From the NCBI GenBank assembly GCA_963791435.1, contig CAWBSL010000003.1:421035-485034 (forward strand): a stretch of DNA of 64,000 nt. Reading direction: 5' to 3'. Positions 18,979 to 26,409 of the stretch are shown piece after piece. Below the pieces are notes generated by a model. It ran no database searches. It saw only the letters and a program-made list of their open reading frames with translations, and was not told the origin of the DNA. Source of the DNA: Candidatus Dormiibacterota bacterium (GTDB lineage Bacteria > Chloroflexota > Dormibacteria > Aeolococcales > Aeolococcaceae). A program made the translations under genes and the position numbers. The number at the start of each line of letters is the position of its first letter. Position 1 is the first letter of the stretch.

Positions 18979-19323
18979 GTGACGCGCGGCGCTCCTGCGA
19001 GCAGCGCCGTGCAGAAGCTGAATCTCGACAAGCCGCTGTACACCATCGGGATCGCGGCGGAAATCCTCTCCACGCATACGCGGACATTGATGATGTACGA
19101 GCATCTCGGTCTCGTCGTCCCCAGCCGCACCACAACAAACCGCCGGCTGTATTCGCAGCGCGACATCATCACTCTGAGCGCGATCCAGCAGCTCACGCGC
19201 AAGTTCGGGCTCAACCTGATCAGCGCGAAGTATCTGATCCTCTGCCTGCAGCTGCTCGACGTGCACGGTGTCCCGCGGCCGGCCGGCCTCGCGGATCTCG
19301 ACGTCGAGCACGCGAGAGTCTGA
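18979..19323 (+). CDS. MerR-family regulator, HspR-like HTH (paralog 2 of 3)
   Basis: LDKPLYTIGIAAEILSTHTRTLMMYEHLGLVVPSRTTTNRRLYSQRDI; C-terminus CLQLLDVHGVPRPAGLADLDVEH. GTG start. Confidence 0.85.
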   Translation: MTRGAPASSAVQKLNLDKPLYTIGIAAEILSTHTRTLMMYEHLGLVVPSRTTTNRRLYSQRDIITLSAIQQLTRKFGLNLISAKYLILCLQLLDVHGVPRPAGLADLDVEHARV

Positions 19324-19333
19324 GGTTGCTCCC

Positions 19334-20083
19334 CTACTGTTCGATGCTGTCGGAGCGGTCCCTGAATCGCGCCACCGCGTCGGAGATGGTCTCCTCGAGA
19401 TACCGGTAGAACAGGCGACGCTGGGAGATGTCGATCGCCGCTTCGACGTCCTGCCCCTCTCGACGCCGCGCGATCCACGGTGGCACGCCGTCGGCGACCG
19501 TTTCGGTGCCCACGCGGACGTGCACGAGTGAGTCGTTGTCCTCCGCGACGTGGAGAGTCACGTTGAGGATCGGTCCGGTGTGCTCGACGAGGCGCCAGCT
19601 GCGCTCCCACCTGGTGTTGCGATGGAAGTCGTGCGTGCGTCGCGCCGCGTTGTCGGCGATCACGCTCTCTCCGGGGCGCGCCGCGCGTGCGAGGAGCCTC
19701 CGGATGTCTCTGTCGATATCACGACCGATGAAGTCGACGAGCGACGGCGCACGGTCGTCAACATCCGGGTGTCCGCTCTGGTCGCGGGCGAGCTCGCCGA
19801 TCGCCTGAACGGTCCCTGCATGACGGCGGCAGTACACGACGCCGCCGAGCGAGATGCTGTGCGCTGGGCAGATGGTGGCTGAGCACGTGCGCTCGCGACG
19901 GTCGCGATAGGCGCAGAGCTGCGCGGTGTTGTTGGTGCACCCTCGCATCGTGCAGGTGATGCCCGATGCCGTCTGCGGTGGCGGTGCGGGATGCTCGCGG
20001 CGCCGGAACAGTGCTGTCGCGGGGAGCGCACCGAGTCGTCGAAGTGCGCCCGTTTCCTTGCGGGGAGTTTCCACAGTCAGCAC
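19334..20083 (-). CDS. Hypothetical protein with an N-terminal Cys/His-rich (putative metal-binding) segment; last gene of the MerR3 operon
   Basis: 249-aa ORF. ITCTMRGCTNNTAQLCAYRDRRERTCSATICPAHSISLGGVVYCRRHAG has 7 Cys and 2 His in 50 residues. Codon third positions are G/C-rich. No family was recognised. Confidence 0.6.
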   Translation of the reverse strand: MLTVETPRKETGALRRLGALPATALFRRREHPAPPPQTASGITCTMRGCTNNTAQLCAYRDRRERTCSATICPAHSISLGGVVYCRRHAGTVQAIGELARDQSGHPDVDDRAPSLVDFIGRDIDRDIRRLLARAARPGESVIADNAARRTHDFHRNTRWERSWRLVEHTGPILNVTLHVAEDNDSLVHVRVGTETVADGVPPWIARRREGQDVEAAIDISQRRLFYRYLEETISDAVARFRDRSDSIEQ

Positions 20084-20240
20084 GTTACGTGTCCTCCAAG
20101 TCCCACTCTCTTGCGCGGGCCACCCTCGCTCGCGCTACTGAGGTAATCAGACCCCACCGACGGCGCGGTCGTGGGCGTATGCGACGGTTTGCGATGCAGC
20201 GTTCACACGCGGTGACGCGAGGCAACCGCGGCCCCAGGCG

Positions 20241-20621
20241 TTATGCGGGTTCGGTGCCCGAAGACGCCTGCAGGGCGGCGATGCGCTCCTGCCAGAACTC
20301 GAGTCGCCGCTCGAAACGAGCCGCTTCTGCGGTGAGCACCTTGAGGTCCGTCTCCTCAACCTCCGACCCCGCGTCGTCATGCATCTCCTCCATCCGCTCC
20401 TCGGCGACCGAGAGGAGATCCCGTTTGAAGTCGAGCAATTCCAGATAGACCTTGGCCCAGTGCATGGCGTCGTCGAGGTACGCGGTGTTCTCGTCCTCGC
20501 CTTCGAGCAGCCGCTCGGGCTCGACCGCGTCGAGTGCCGCCTTGCGCGCCTCGCGAGGCGGCGGCGGTTCGGGGAGGTCGCTGCCCGCTGCCGAGGCCTC
20601 CGGCGTGTCAATGCTGCTCAC
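20241..20621 (-). CDS. Hypothetical acidic helical (coiled-coil-like) protein, translationally coupled to RR2
   Basis: 126-aa ORF rich in E/D/L/R (AKVYLELLDFKRDLLSVAEERMEEMHDDAGSEVEETDLKVLTAEAARFERRLEFWQERIAAL). Its start overlaps the RR2 stop (20618-20621). Confidence 0.55.
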   Translation of the reverse strand: MSSIDTPEASAAGSDLPEPPPPREARKAALDAVEPERLLEGEDENTAYLDDAMHWAKVYLELLDFKRDLLSVAEERMEEMHDDAGSEVEETDLKVLTAEAARFERRLEFWQERIAALQASSGTEPA

Positions 20622-21001
20622 GACAGCATCTTTCGCGTCGCCTCGGCGAGAGCCGCCGGCGGCGTGTGCGCTTTGACGAGATAGTCGTGCGCGCCAAGGG
20701 CTCGCCCGCGCTCGACCAACTCCGGTTCGCTGAAATTGGTGAGGATGACGACGGGTATGCGAGCCGTCGCCGGCCCGGCGCGAAGCTGCTGCAGAACGTC
20801 GAAGCCGTGCATCTCCGGGAGGCCGAGGTCGAGATAGATGAGGTCTGGGGCTTCCGTTCCGGCGCGGCGGATCGCTTCCTTGCCCGAGTGCGCGGTGATG
20901 ACCTGAAATCCGTGGGCGGCGAGCTGCATCTCGTACATGGTCGCGACGTCAACATCGTCGTCGACGAGCAGCAGTCGGATTCCGTGTGACCCATCAGGCA
21001 T
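20618..21001 (-). CDS. Stand-alone receiver response regulator RR2
   Basis: MPDGSHGIRLLLVDDD...DLIYLDLGLPEMHGFDVL...PVVILTN...DYLVKA. ATG 21001 overlaps the HK2 stop (20994-20996). The 75 extra N-terminal residues in the ORF track are not protein-like. Confidence 0.9.
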   Translation of the reverse strand: MPDGSHGIRLLLVDDDVDVATMYEMQLAAHGFQVITAHSGKEAIRRAGTEAPDLIYLDLGLPEMHGFDVLQQLRAGPATARIPVVILTNFSEPELVERGRALGAHDYLVKAHTPPAALAEATRKMLS

Positions 21002-22877
21002 CGTCTCTCCCCGCTGGCCTTTGACGTCCGCGCGGCAAACGCAGCGTGAATGTACTCCCTTCGCCAGGGTGCGATGCGACGTCGATGTCCCCGCCCTGGG
21101 CTTGCGCAAGGCCACGCGAGAGGTGCAGGCCGAGGCCCGTTCCCTGTATCCCTGCGGCGACGGCTTCCGGCAGCCGGCCGAATGGTTGAAACAACTTCGG
21201 CAGGTCCGCGTCAGCGATGCCCTCACCGTGATCGGTCACGTCGACGGCAGCCCATCGCGGCTCCGCGCGCACCGTCATGGTGACCGCACCACCGTCAGAT
21301 GAGTACTTCACCGCGTTGGAGACGAGGTTGCTGAGTATCGTCTCGACCTGTTCCGGGTCGGCGCGGACGCGGACCCGCCCGGCCGACTGCACGCTGACGG
21401 TCCGCGCGGCTTGCCCCGAGACCGCGTTGCCCGCTGCAGCGGCCACCGATCGCGCCAGAGCGTCGAGGCTGAACTCTTTCGTGTGCTGACCACGGGCGCG
21501 AATCTCCATCCGGCTGGTGGTGAGCATCCGGTCGACCAGCGCACTCATGTGCCGCATTCGTGCGGCCATCAAGGGCACGACTTTCGCGGCGGGCGCCGGA
21601 AGATCGCCGAGCGATCCGTCCTCGAGCATCGAGAGGTAGCCACTCACCAGCGTGATCGGTCCGCGGAGCTCGTGTGACGCCAGCTGGAGGAACTCCGACT
21701 TCTGCTGCTCGAGCTCCGCCATCCGCTGCGCGTGCGTCTCGAGCCTGTCGAGCTCTGCCGCCTGCAATCCCTGGGCACGCTGTTCAGCGGCATAGCCCTG
21801 CCAGACGAGCGCCGACGACCGTGCAGCGAGACGGATGATCCACTCGTCCTGGTCGCTGAAGCCCGCGATCGAGTTCCATGCGGCGAGAATGCCGAGCGGG
21901 ATCGCCGCGGTGCGCCAGGGCACGGCCAGCACGTCATGCGCGCCGAGGCGGGCGATCATCGAGCCGGGATGCGTCGCCAGGTACGCGTCATCCAGGCTGA
22001 GCCGGACGGCCTCGCCAGAGAAGAGGAGTTGAGCAAGGTCCGTGTCGCCCCTCGCGTCGAGCACCCCGCGTGCCGGCCGCCCCGCGGCTGCTTGCTCAAC
22101 CGCGGTGCCGGGCTGATGGAGCGGGATCAGCTCCTCGCCCGTGAGCTGCCAGAAGCCGGCATGCTCGGCTGAGACCAGGCTCGCCACGGTCTCGCTCATC
22201 TTCTCGAAGTACGTGGCCGGCTCCACGCTGGACGCCATGTGTCGCGACATCTGCGTCAGCGCGTCCAGCCCACGGCGCTGTGCGCTCCGAACCTCGTCGA
22301 CGAGGCGCGCGTTGCGCAACGCGAGGATGGCCAGGGGTCCGACCTGCTGCAGGCCTTCGAGCTCGCGCGGGACGAAGGGGCGATCGCTGCGCCTGCTGAG
22401 GATCAGGACCGCGCCCACGGTCTCCCCGATCGCAAGAGGAACGATCGCGGTATGGCGGATCGACAGCAATGACGGCGCGAGCTCGGGCTCGGAGGCCGCT
22501 CGGGCGCCGAGGCTGCCGCCGAAGACGATCGCACCGGTCGTGACCGCTTCGCTGAGCAAGGGCTGCCTCGCCAGCCAGGCCATGGGGTACTCGTGACCCA
22601 CGAAGTCAGGCCGGCCGCCAGGCTCGTAACTTGCTTCGACTCGAAGGACGTTCTGGTCGAGGCTGGTCAGGGTGCAGCGGTCGACATCGACGTTCTCAGC
22701 CGCAAAGCGCACGAGACGTTCCATGATCTCGTGCGGCTCACCACGGGACACCAGATCCGCCTCGATCGACCCTGCGAGATGGGCCGGTTCCGGCGCCTGG
22801 GGTGGAAGGTCAGAGACGAACGTGCTCGATGTCAATTCCGGCGAGCTCCGGTGGCCGAGGGATGCCGTGGGCGTCAA
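20994..22877 (-). CDS. Soluble GAF-GAF sensor histidine kinase HK2
   Basis: H-box ASHELRGPITLVSGY; HATPase motifs LVSNAVKYSSDGG and GTGLGLHLSRGLAQAQGG; two GAF-like regions; no TM segment. The ORF-track start is TTG 22877 and overlaps MerR3 by 68 nt; ATG 22724 (MERLVRFAAENV) is an alternative start. Confidence 0.85.
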   Translation of the reverse strand: MTPTASLGHRSSPELTSSTFVSDLPPQAPEPAHLAGSIEADLVSRGEPHEIMERLVRFAAENVDVDRCTLTSLDQNVLRVEASYEPGGRPDFVGHEYPMAWLARQPLLSEAVTTGAIVFGGSLGARAASEPELAPSLLSIRHTAIVPLAIGETVGAVLILSRRSDRPFVPRELEGLQQVGPLAILALRNARLVDEVRSAQRRGLDALTQMSRHMASSVEPATYFEKMSETVASLVSAEHAGFWQLTGEELIPLHQPGTAVEQAAAGRPARGVLDARGDTDLAQLLFSGEAVRLSLDDAYLATHPGSMIARLGAHDVLAVPWRTAAIPLGILAAWNSIAGFSDQDEWIIRLAARSSALVWQGYAAEQRAQGLQAAELDRLETHAQRMAELEQQKSEFLQLASHELRGPITLVSGYLSMLEDGSLGDLPAPAAKVVPLMAARMRHMSALVDRMLTTSRMEIRARGQHTKEFSLDALARSVAAAAGNAVSGQAARTVSVQSAGRVRVRADPEQVETILSNLVSNAVKYSSDGGAVTMTVRAEPRWAAVDVTDHGEGIADADLPKLFQPFGRLPEAVAAGIQGTGLGLHLSRGLAQAQGGDIDVASHPGEGSTFTLRLPRGRQRPAGRDDA

Positions 22878-23154
22878 GCAGCTGGAGGCACTTGATCACG
22901 TACCGGGCCCCCGCGATGTTCAGGCCGGACTGGCGCGTCAGCCGCTGGATCGCACTCAGCGTGAGGATGTCGCGCTGGGAATACCGCCGCCGGTTCGTGG
23001 CAGTTCGCTCCGGAACGCCGAGACCCATCGTCTCGTACATCATCAGTGTACGTGGGTGGCTGGCAAGGATCTCAGCGGCGACGCTGATCGTATAGAGCGG
23101 CTTGTCGAGGTCGAGCAGCCGCTCCGACGTCGGAATACCCGCCTCAGCAGGCAT
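22810..23154 (-). CDS. MerR-family regulator, HspR-like HTH (paralog 3 of 3)
   Basis: LDKPLYTISVAAEILASHPRTLMMYETMGLGVPERTATNRRRYSQRDI; C-terminus CLQLLDAHGIPRPPELAGIDIEH. Confidence 0.85.
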   Translation of the reverse strand: MPAEAGIPTSERLLDLDKPLYTISVAAEILASHPRTLMMYETMGLGVPERTATNRRRYSQRDILTLSAIQRLTRQSGLNIAGARYVIKCLQLLDAHGIPRPPELAGIDIEHVRL

Positions 23155-23241
23155 ACGGCTCGCGAGCGGCAGGCATCATCACCGCGATTCTATATGCCTG
23201 TCGCCGCGTCGCTCGCCGAGGTGCATCCTCGGCGGATCGCG

Positions 23242-23445
23242 TCAGACGAGGCTGGCGCTGGTGACGGGGCGCTGGCGGAAGAACTGCACGCGGCAGTGGT
23301 CGCAGCGGAAGACGAGACGCAGCCCGAGGCGTCCAAGGACGTTGGTGATGCGCGAACTGCATTGCGGGCAGGTCGCGGCCTCTTCGAGGTAGGGTCCTTC
23401 CACCGGCTTGACGTCGAGTTGAATCGGCTTGTATTTGCGAGCCAT
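23242..23445 (-). CDS. 67-aa zinc-ribbon mini-protein (CPQC...CDHC), first gene of the MerR3-HK2-RR2 operon
   Basis: MARKYKPIQLDVKPVEGPYLEEAATCPQCSSRITNVLGRLGLRLVFRCDHCRVQFF. GGAGG lies 7 nt upstream of ATG 23445. The longer ORF-track model (to 23712) is not supported. Confidence 0.6.
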   Translation of the reverse strand: MARKYKPIQLDVKPVEGPYLEEAATCPQCSSRITNVLGRLGLRLVFRCDHCRVQFFRQRPVTSASLV

Positions 23446-23498
23446 CGGGTACCTCCAGGTGTCGTGGGACATTGCTCCCGTCCCCACTGCCAGGAATA

Positions 23499-23519
23499 TC
23501 CTATCACAAAACATGATAG
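23499..23519 (-). promoter_or_regulatory. Island motif copy upstream of the zinc-ribbon/MerR3 operon: CTATCATGTTTTGTGATAGGA
   Basis: Read on the minus strand, it has the same CTAT-N9-TGAYA spacing. The region also forms CTATCA-N7-TGATAG and CATGATAG-N12-CTATCATG inverted repeats (23501-23539). Confidence 0.4.
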
Positions 23520-23547
23520 TGGCGCTATTGGCTATCATGTGACGACC

Positions 23548-23715
23548 ATGATCGAGATGTTCTCCCCGGATGGGACGCAGGTACCCGCCGCGCGCCGTCC
23601 GCGCTCGGTGAGACGGCGGCGCAGGCGTGACGTTCGCGCACTGGTGACCGGCGCTGCCCTCGTGATGGCCGTCGCCTGGACGATGGTCCTCGGAGCCGGC
23701 ATCTTCCTCCACTGA
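23548..23715 (+). CDS. Candidate 55-aa Arg-rich single-pass membrane mini-protein upstream of RR3-HK3
   Basis: MIEMFSPDGTQVPAARRPRSVRRRRRRDVRALVTGAALVMAVAWTMVLGAGIFLH. Codon third positions are strongly G/C. A TATCAT box lies about 9 nt upstream of the ATG. It is not listed separately in the ORF track (it forms the tail of 22672-23715). Confidence 0.4.
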   Translation: MIEMFSPDGTQVPAARRPRSVRRRRRRDVRALVTGAALVMAVAWTMVLGAGIFLH

Positions 23716-23844
23716 ACGGGGAGTTGGGTGCGGTCTGTCACCGCGTCATCGAACGTGTGAGCAGTTGGTTTGCTACCGTACCTATGACGTCGTTTGGCAT
23801 TCGCCGAAGGAGCGAAAGCTTCAGCGGCCAAGGAGGAGTGTGTA

Positions 23845-24240
23845 GTGGAGGATGACGTCAAAGTCCTGCTCATCGAGGACGACGTCGCCGCTGCGGAGAT
23901 GTACCGCCTGCGCCTCGTCGCCGACGGCTATGTGGTCGTCATCGGGCACGACGGGGCCGAGGGGCTGCGTCTGGCGTCCGAAGAATCCCCCGACTTCATC
24001 TATCTGGACCTGCGCATGCCCGGGCTTGACGGCTTCGAGGTGCTCGAGCGGCTTCGCGCCGAGCCCGCGACGATGAACATCCCGGTGATCATCCTGACCA
24101 ACTTCGGCGAGCCCGAGTTGCGCGAACGCGGCATGCGGCTCGGAGCACTCGAATTCCTGGTGAAGGCGGACACCACCCCTGCTCACCTCTCTGAGAGCGT
24201 CGAGCGGGCTGTCGGCCCGCGCGCACTTCCGTCGGCCTGA
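23845..24240 (+). CDS. Stand-alone receiver response regulator RR3 (close paralog of RR1)
   Basis: VKVLLIEDD...DFIYLDLRMPGLDGFEVL...PVIILTN...LEFLVKADTTPA. GTG 23845 is preceded by AAGGAGGAG. The ORF-track start is 23794. Confidence 0.9.
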   Translation: MEDDVKVLLIEDDVAAAEMYRLRLVADGYVVVIGHDGAEGLRLASEESPDFIYLDLRMPGLDGFEVLERLRAEPATMNIPVIILTNFGEPELRERGMRLGALEFLVKADTTPAHLSESVERAVGPRALPSA

Positions 24241-24283
24241 GGCCGGCGGCTCGTCGTCCGCCCCGCCCCGGTATTCAGCGTGG

Positions 24284-25396
24284 ATGACCTTGCGCTCATC
24301 GAGGGCGCCTCAGGTGCGTTCCTTCGCGACGCCGTCCAACTTGCCTCGCGTCGTTGCGTCTGGCACGGGTGCCCCTCGGCAGACGTGGTTGTTGCTCCTT
24401 CGAGGCGATCTCCTGACCTGCGTCGCGGCGTCCGGAACCCGCGACGGCGCAATCTCCCGCGCGTATCGCGTGGCAGATCGCCCGAGCTTCGAGGAAGCGA
24501 TCACATCGGGCGAGATCACAGCCGGTCCGGCTGAGGTGCTCGTTCCTGTTCACAGTGACGGTGCCGTGGTGGGGCTCCTGATGATCGACGGGGGGCACGA
24601 TCTCAGCGACCACGATCGACACACCTGGTCGACGCTCGCCGGCCTCATGGGGTTTGGGATCAGCCAGGCCGCCACGGTCGATCACCTCCAGCAGGAGGCC
24701 GAACGCAGCCGCGGCCTCGAAAGCCTCAAGGGCGAGTTTCTCAATATCGCCGCGCACGAGTTGCGCAGCCCGCTGGGGATCATCCGGGGCTACGCCTCGA
24801 TGCTCAGCGAGGGGACGCTTCCCGAGGCGGACCGGGGCACGGCGCTGGCGCGCATCGCGGAGAAGGCCGAGGAGATGGCACGCCTCATCTCCGACATGCT
24901 GGAGACAGCCCGCCTGGAGACCCTCGGCCTCGAACTGGAACTCGAGCCGGTCGATCTCCTCCGCGTCATCGATATGGCGGTAGGCGAGATGCGGCCGCTC
25001 CTCGGCAACAAGCATCGGTTTGCGGTCGCGGAGCATCCGGATTCGATCGCTGTGGTGGCCGATCAAAAGCGTCTCACGGCGATGCTCACCAACCTGATCG
25101 ACAACGCCATCAAATACTCGCCGGGCGGCGGCGACATCGAGGTGGCGTGCGAGCACGACGGCCGGGTGGCGAGGGTCACGGTCCGCGACCATGGCATCGG
25201 CATCAACGCCGAGCAGGCCCACATGCTCTTCACCCGGTTCGGTCGCCTCGTGACGCCGGAGACGAGCCATATTCGCGGGACTGGGCTCGGGCTCTACCTC
25301 GCCCGCGAAACCGCCCGCCTTCATGGCGGTGACATCCAGGGAAGCTCGACGCCCGGCGGCGGCAGCACGTTCACGGTGGTGCTTCCGCTCGCCTGA
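24284..25396 (+). CDS. Soluble GAF sensor histidine kinase HK3 (kinase core paralogous to HK1)
   Basis: H-box AAHELRSPLGIIRGY; HATPase motifs LIDNAIKYSPGGG and GTGLGLYLARETARLHGG. LFTRFGRLVTPETSHIRGTG is nearly identical to the HK1 equivalent. No TM segment. Confidence 0.85.
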   Translation: MTLRSSRAPQVRSFATPSNLPRVVASGTGAPRQTWLLLLRGDLLTCVAASGTRDGAISRAYRVADRPSFEEAITSGEITAGPAEVLVPVHSDGAVVGLLMIDGGHDLSDHDRHTWSTLAGLMGFGISQAATVDHLQQEAERSRGLESLKGEFLNIAAHELRSPLGIIRGYASMLSEGTLPEADRGTALARIAEKAEEMARLISDMLETARLETLGLELELEPVDLLRVIDMAVGEMRPLLGNKHRFAVAEHPDSIAVVADQKRLTAMLTNLIDNAIKYSPGGGDIEVACEHDGRVARVTVRDHGIGINAEQAHMLFTRFGRLVTPETSHIRGTGLGLYLARETARLHGGDIQGSSTPGGGSTFTVVLPLA

Positions 25397-25425
25397 CCTC
25401 CCTGAGGGCGATGCGTTAAAGCGAT

Positions 25426-25469
25426 GAGTCCACCCGGGTCGGGGCTAGGGGGCCCGGCCGGGTGGACTC
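25426..25469. terminator. 12-bp GC hairpin between convergent HK3 and hemerythrin genes (no U-tract)
   Basis: GAGTCCACCCGG (25426-25437) pairs with CCGGGTGGACTC (25458-25469). Confidence 0.4.
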
Positions 25470-25573
25470 GAGGGGAGGGGTGGGGACCGGCGGTTGGACG
25501 CCGCCGACCTTTCGAGACTAGTCGTGGCGTACCAAACGTGTCAACTCGACTGCCTGCGGACCCGTACCGGTGA

Positions 25574-26095
25574 TCAGGAGCCCTCGGGCGGCGCGTTCTC
25601 CTCCACGTATTCCTCGGGATCCCTGTCCTCGATGGTGATGCCTCGCGCGCCGGCATGCTCGGTTTCGAACGCCGCGAACGCCGTGGCCAGCTCGGCCTGC
25701 TCGCCAGACGACGCGGCATCGTCGAACTCGATGAGCGGTCCTTTCTCCTCCTCATCCATGTGCTCGGTGTTGGCGTCGTCGGTGGCCTTGACGGCGTCCC
25801 ACCAGGCGTTCTCGCCGATGGCATGCTGCTCGGCCTCGCGGATGCCGTCGCGGATCTCGTTGTGGTCCCTGATCGCATCCTTGGTGTCGTCAACGGAGTC
25901 GGAATCGTCCTTGAGCAGGCGTGGGTAGAAGAGCGTCTCCTCGGCTGCCGCATGCACCTCGAGGCGAGCTGACAGCACCGTCCAGATCGAGGTGACGGTT
26001 GCTTCGTCGCCCCGCGCGGCATCGAGCGCCGCGAACTGACTCCGGAACCAGATGTGGTCCATGCGGATGATGTCGGTCACACGGTTCGTTTGCAT
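25574..26095 (-). CDS. Hemerythrin (HHE cation-binding) domain protein
   Basis: MDHIWFRSQF, EVHAAAEETLFYP, IRDHNEIRD and EHMDEEE give the His/Glu ligand pattern of hemerythrin-like domains. ATG 26095 is preceded by GAGGAG. Confidence 0.8.
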   Translation of the reverse strand: MQTNRVTDIIRMDHIWFRSQFAALDAARGDEATVTSIWTVLSARLEVHAAAEETLFYPRLLKDDSDSVDDTKDAIRDHNEIRDGIREAEQHAIGENAWWDAVKATDDANTEHMDEEEKGPLIEFDDAASSGEQAELATAFAAFETEHAGARGITIEDRDPEEYVEENAPPEGS

Positions 26096-26205
26096 GCGAC
26101 TCCTCGTCAGTGGACGGAGGCGGGGCCCAGCCTCGAGTGAGCACCCCCCACGCCAGTCTGAAGGTGTTGGATTTAGTGATAGTACAGATGTTGCAAACTG
26201 GCGGT

Positions 26206-26358
26206 ATGAACATTCCAATGGTCCCGCCGCCAATGCCGACGCCCGAGCCTGACCCGGAACCGGAGATCAGAGAGCCCGATCCAGAACCTCCGGAGATCGA
26301 GGATCCCGATCGATCGGCGGAGACCGACGCTCCCGAGACCCGTCCGGACGAGGGCTAG
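26206..26358 (+). CDS. Candidate 50-aa Pro/Glu/Asp-rich mini-ORF (weak)
   Basis: MNIPMVPPPMPTPEPDPEPEIREPDPEPPEIEDPDRSAETDAPETRPDEG. Low-complexity sequence, no clear RBS; divergent from the hemerythrin gene. Confidence 0.2.
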   Translation: MNIPMVPPPMPTPEPDPEPEIREPDPEPPEIEDPDRSAETDAPETRPDEG

Positions 26359-26409
26359 GCTCCTGCGCTCCTCATTGGGGCGTCAGGCGAAGCCTCAGCG
26401 GGAAAGGGG

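Noticed and set aside
24280-24534. Possible additional frameshift at the start of HK3, because frame 24280 begins with the GAF-like string DDLALIEGASGAFLRDAVQLAS.
   Set aside because: The match is short and then degenerates. Frame 24284 gives a continuous GAF-HisKA-HATPase protein with an ATG, so there is not enough evidence for a disruption.
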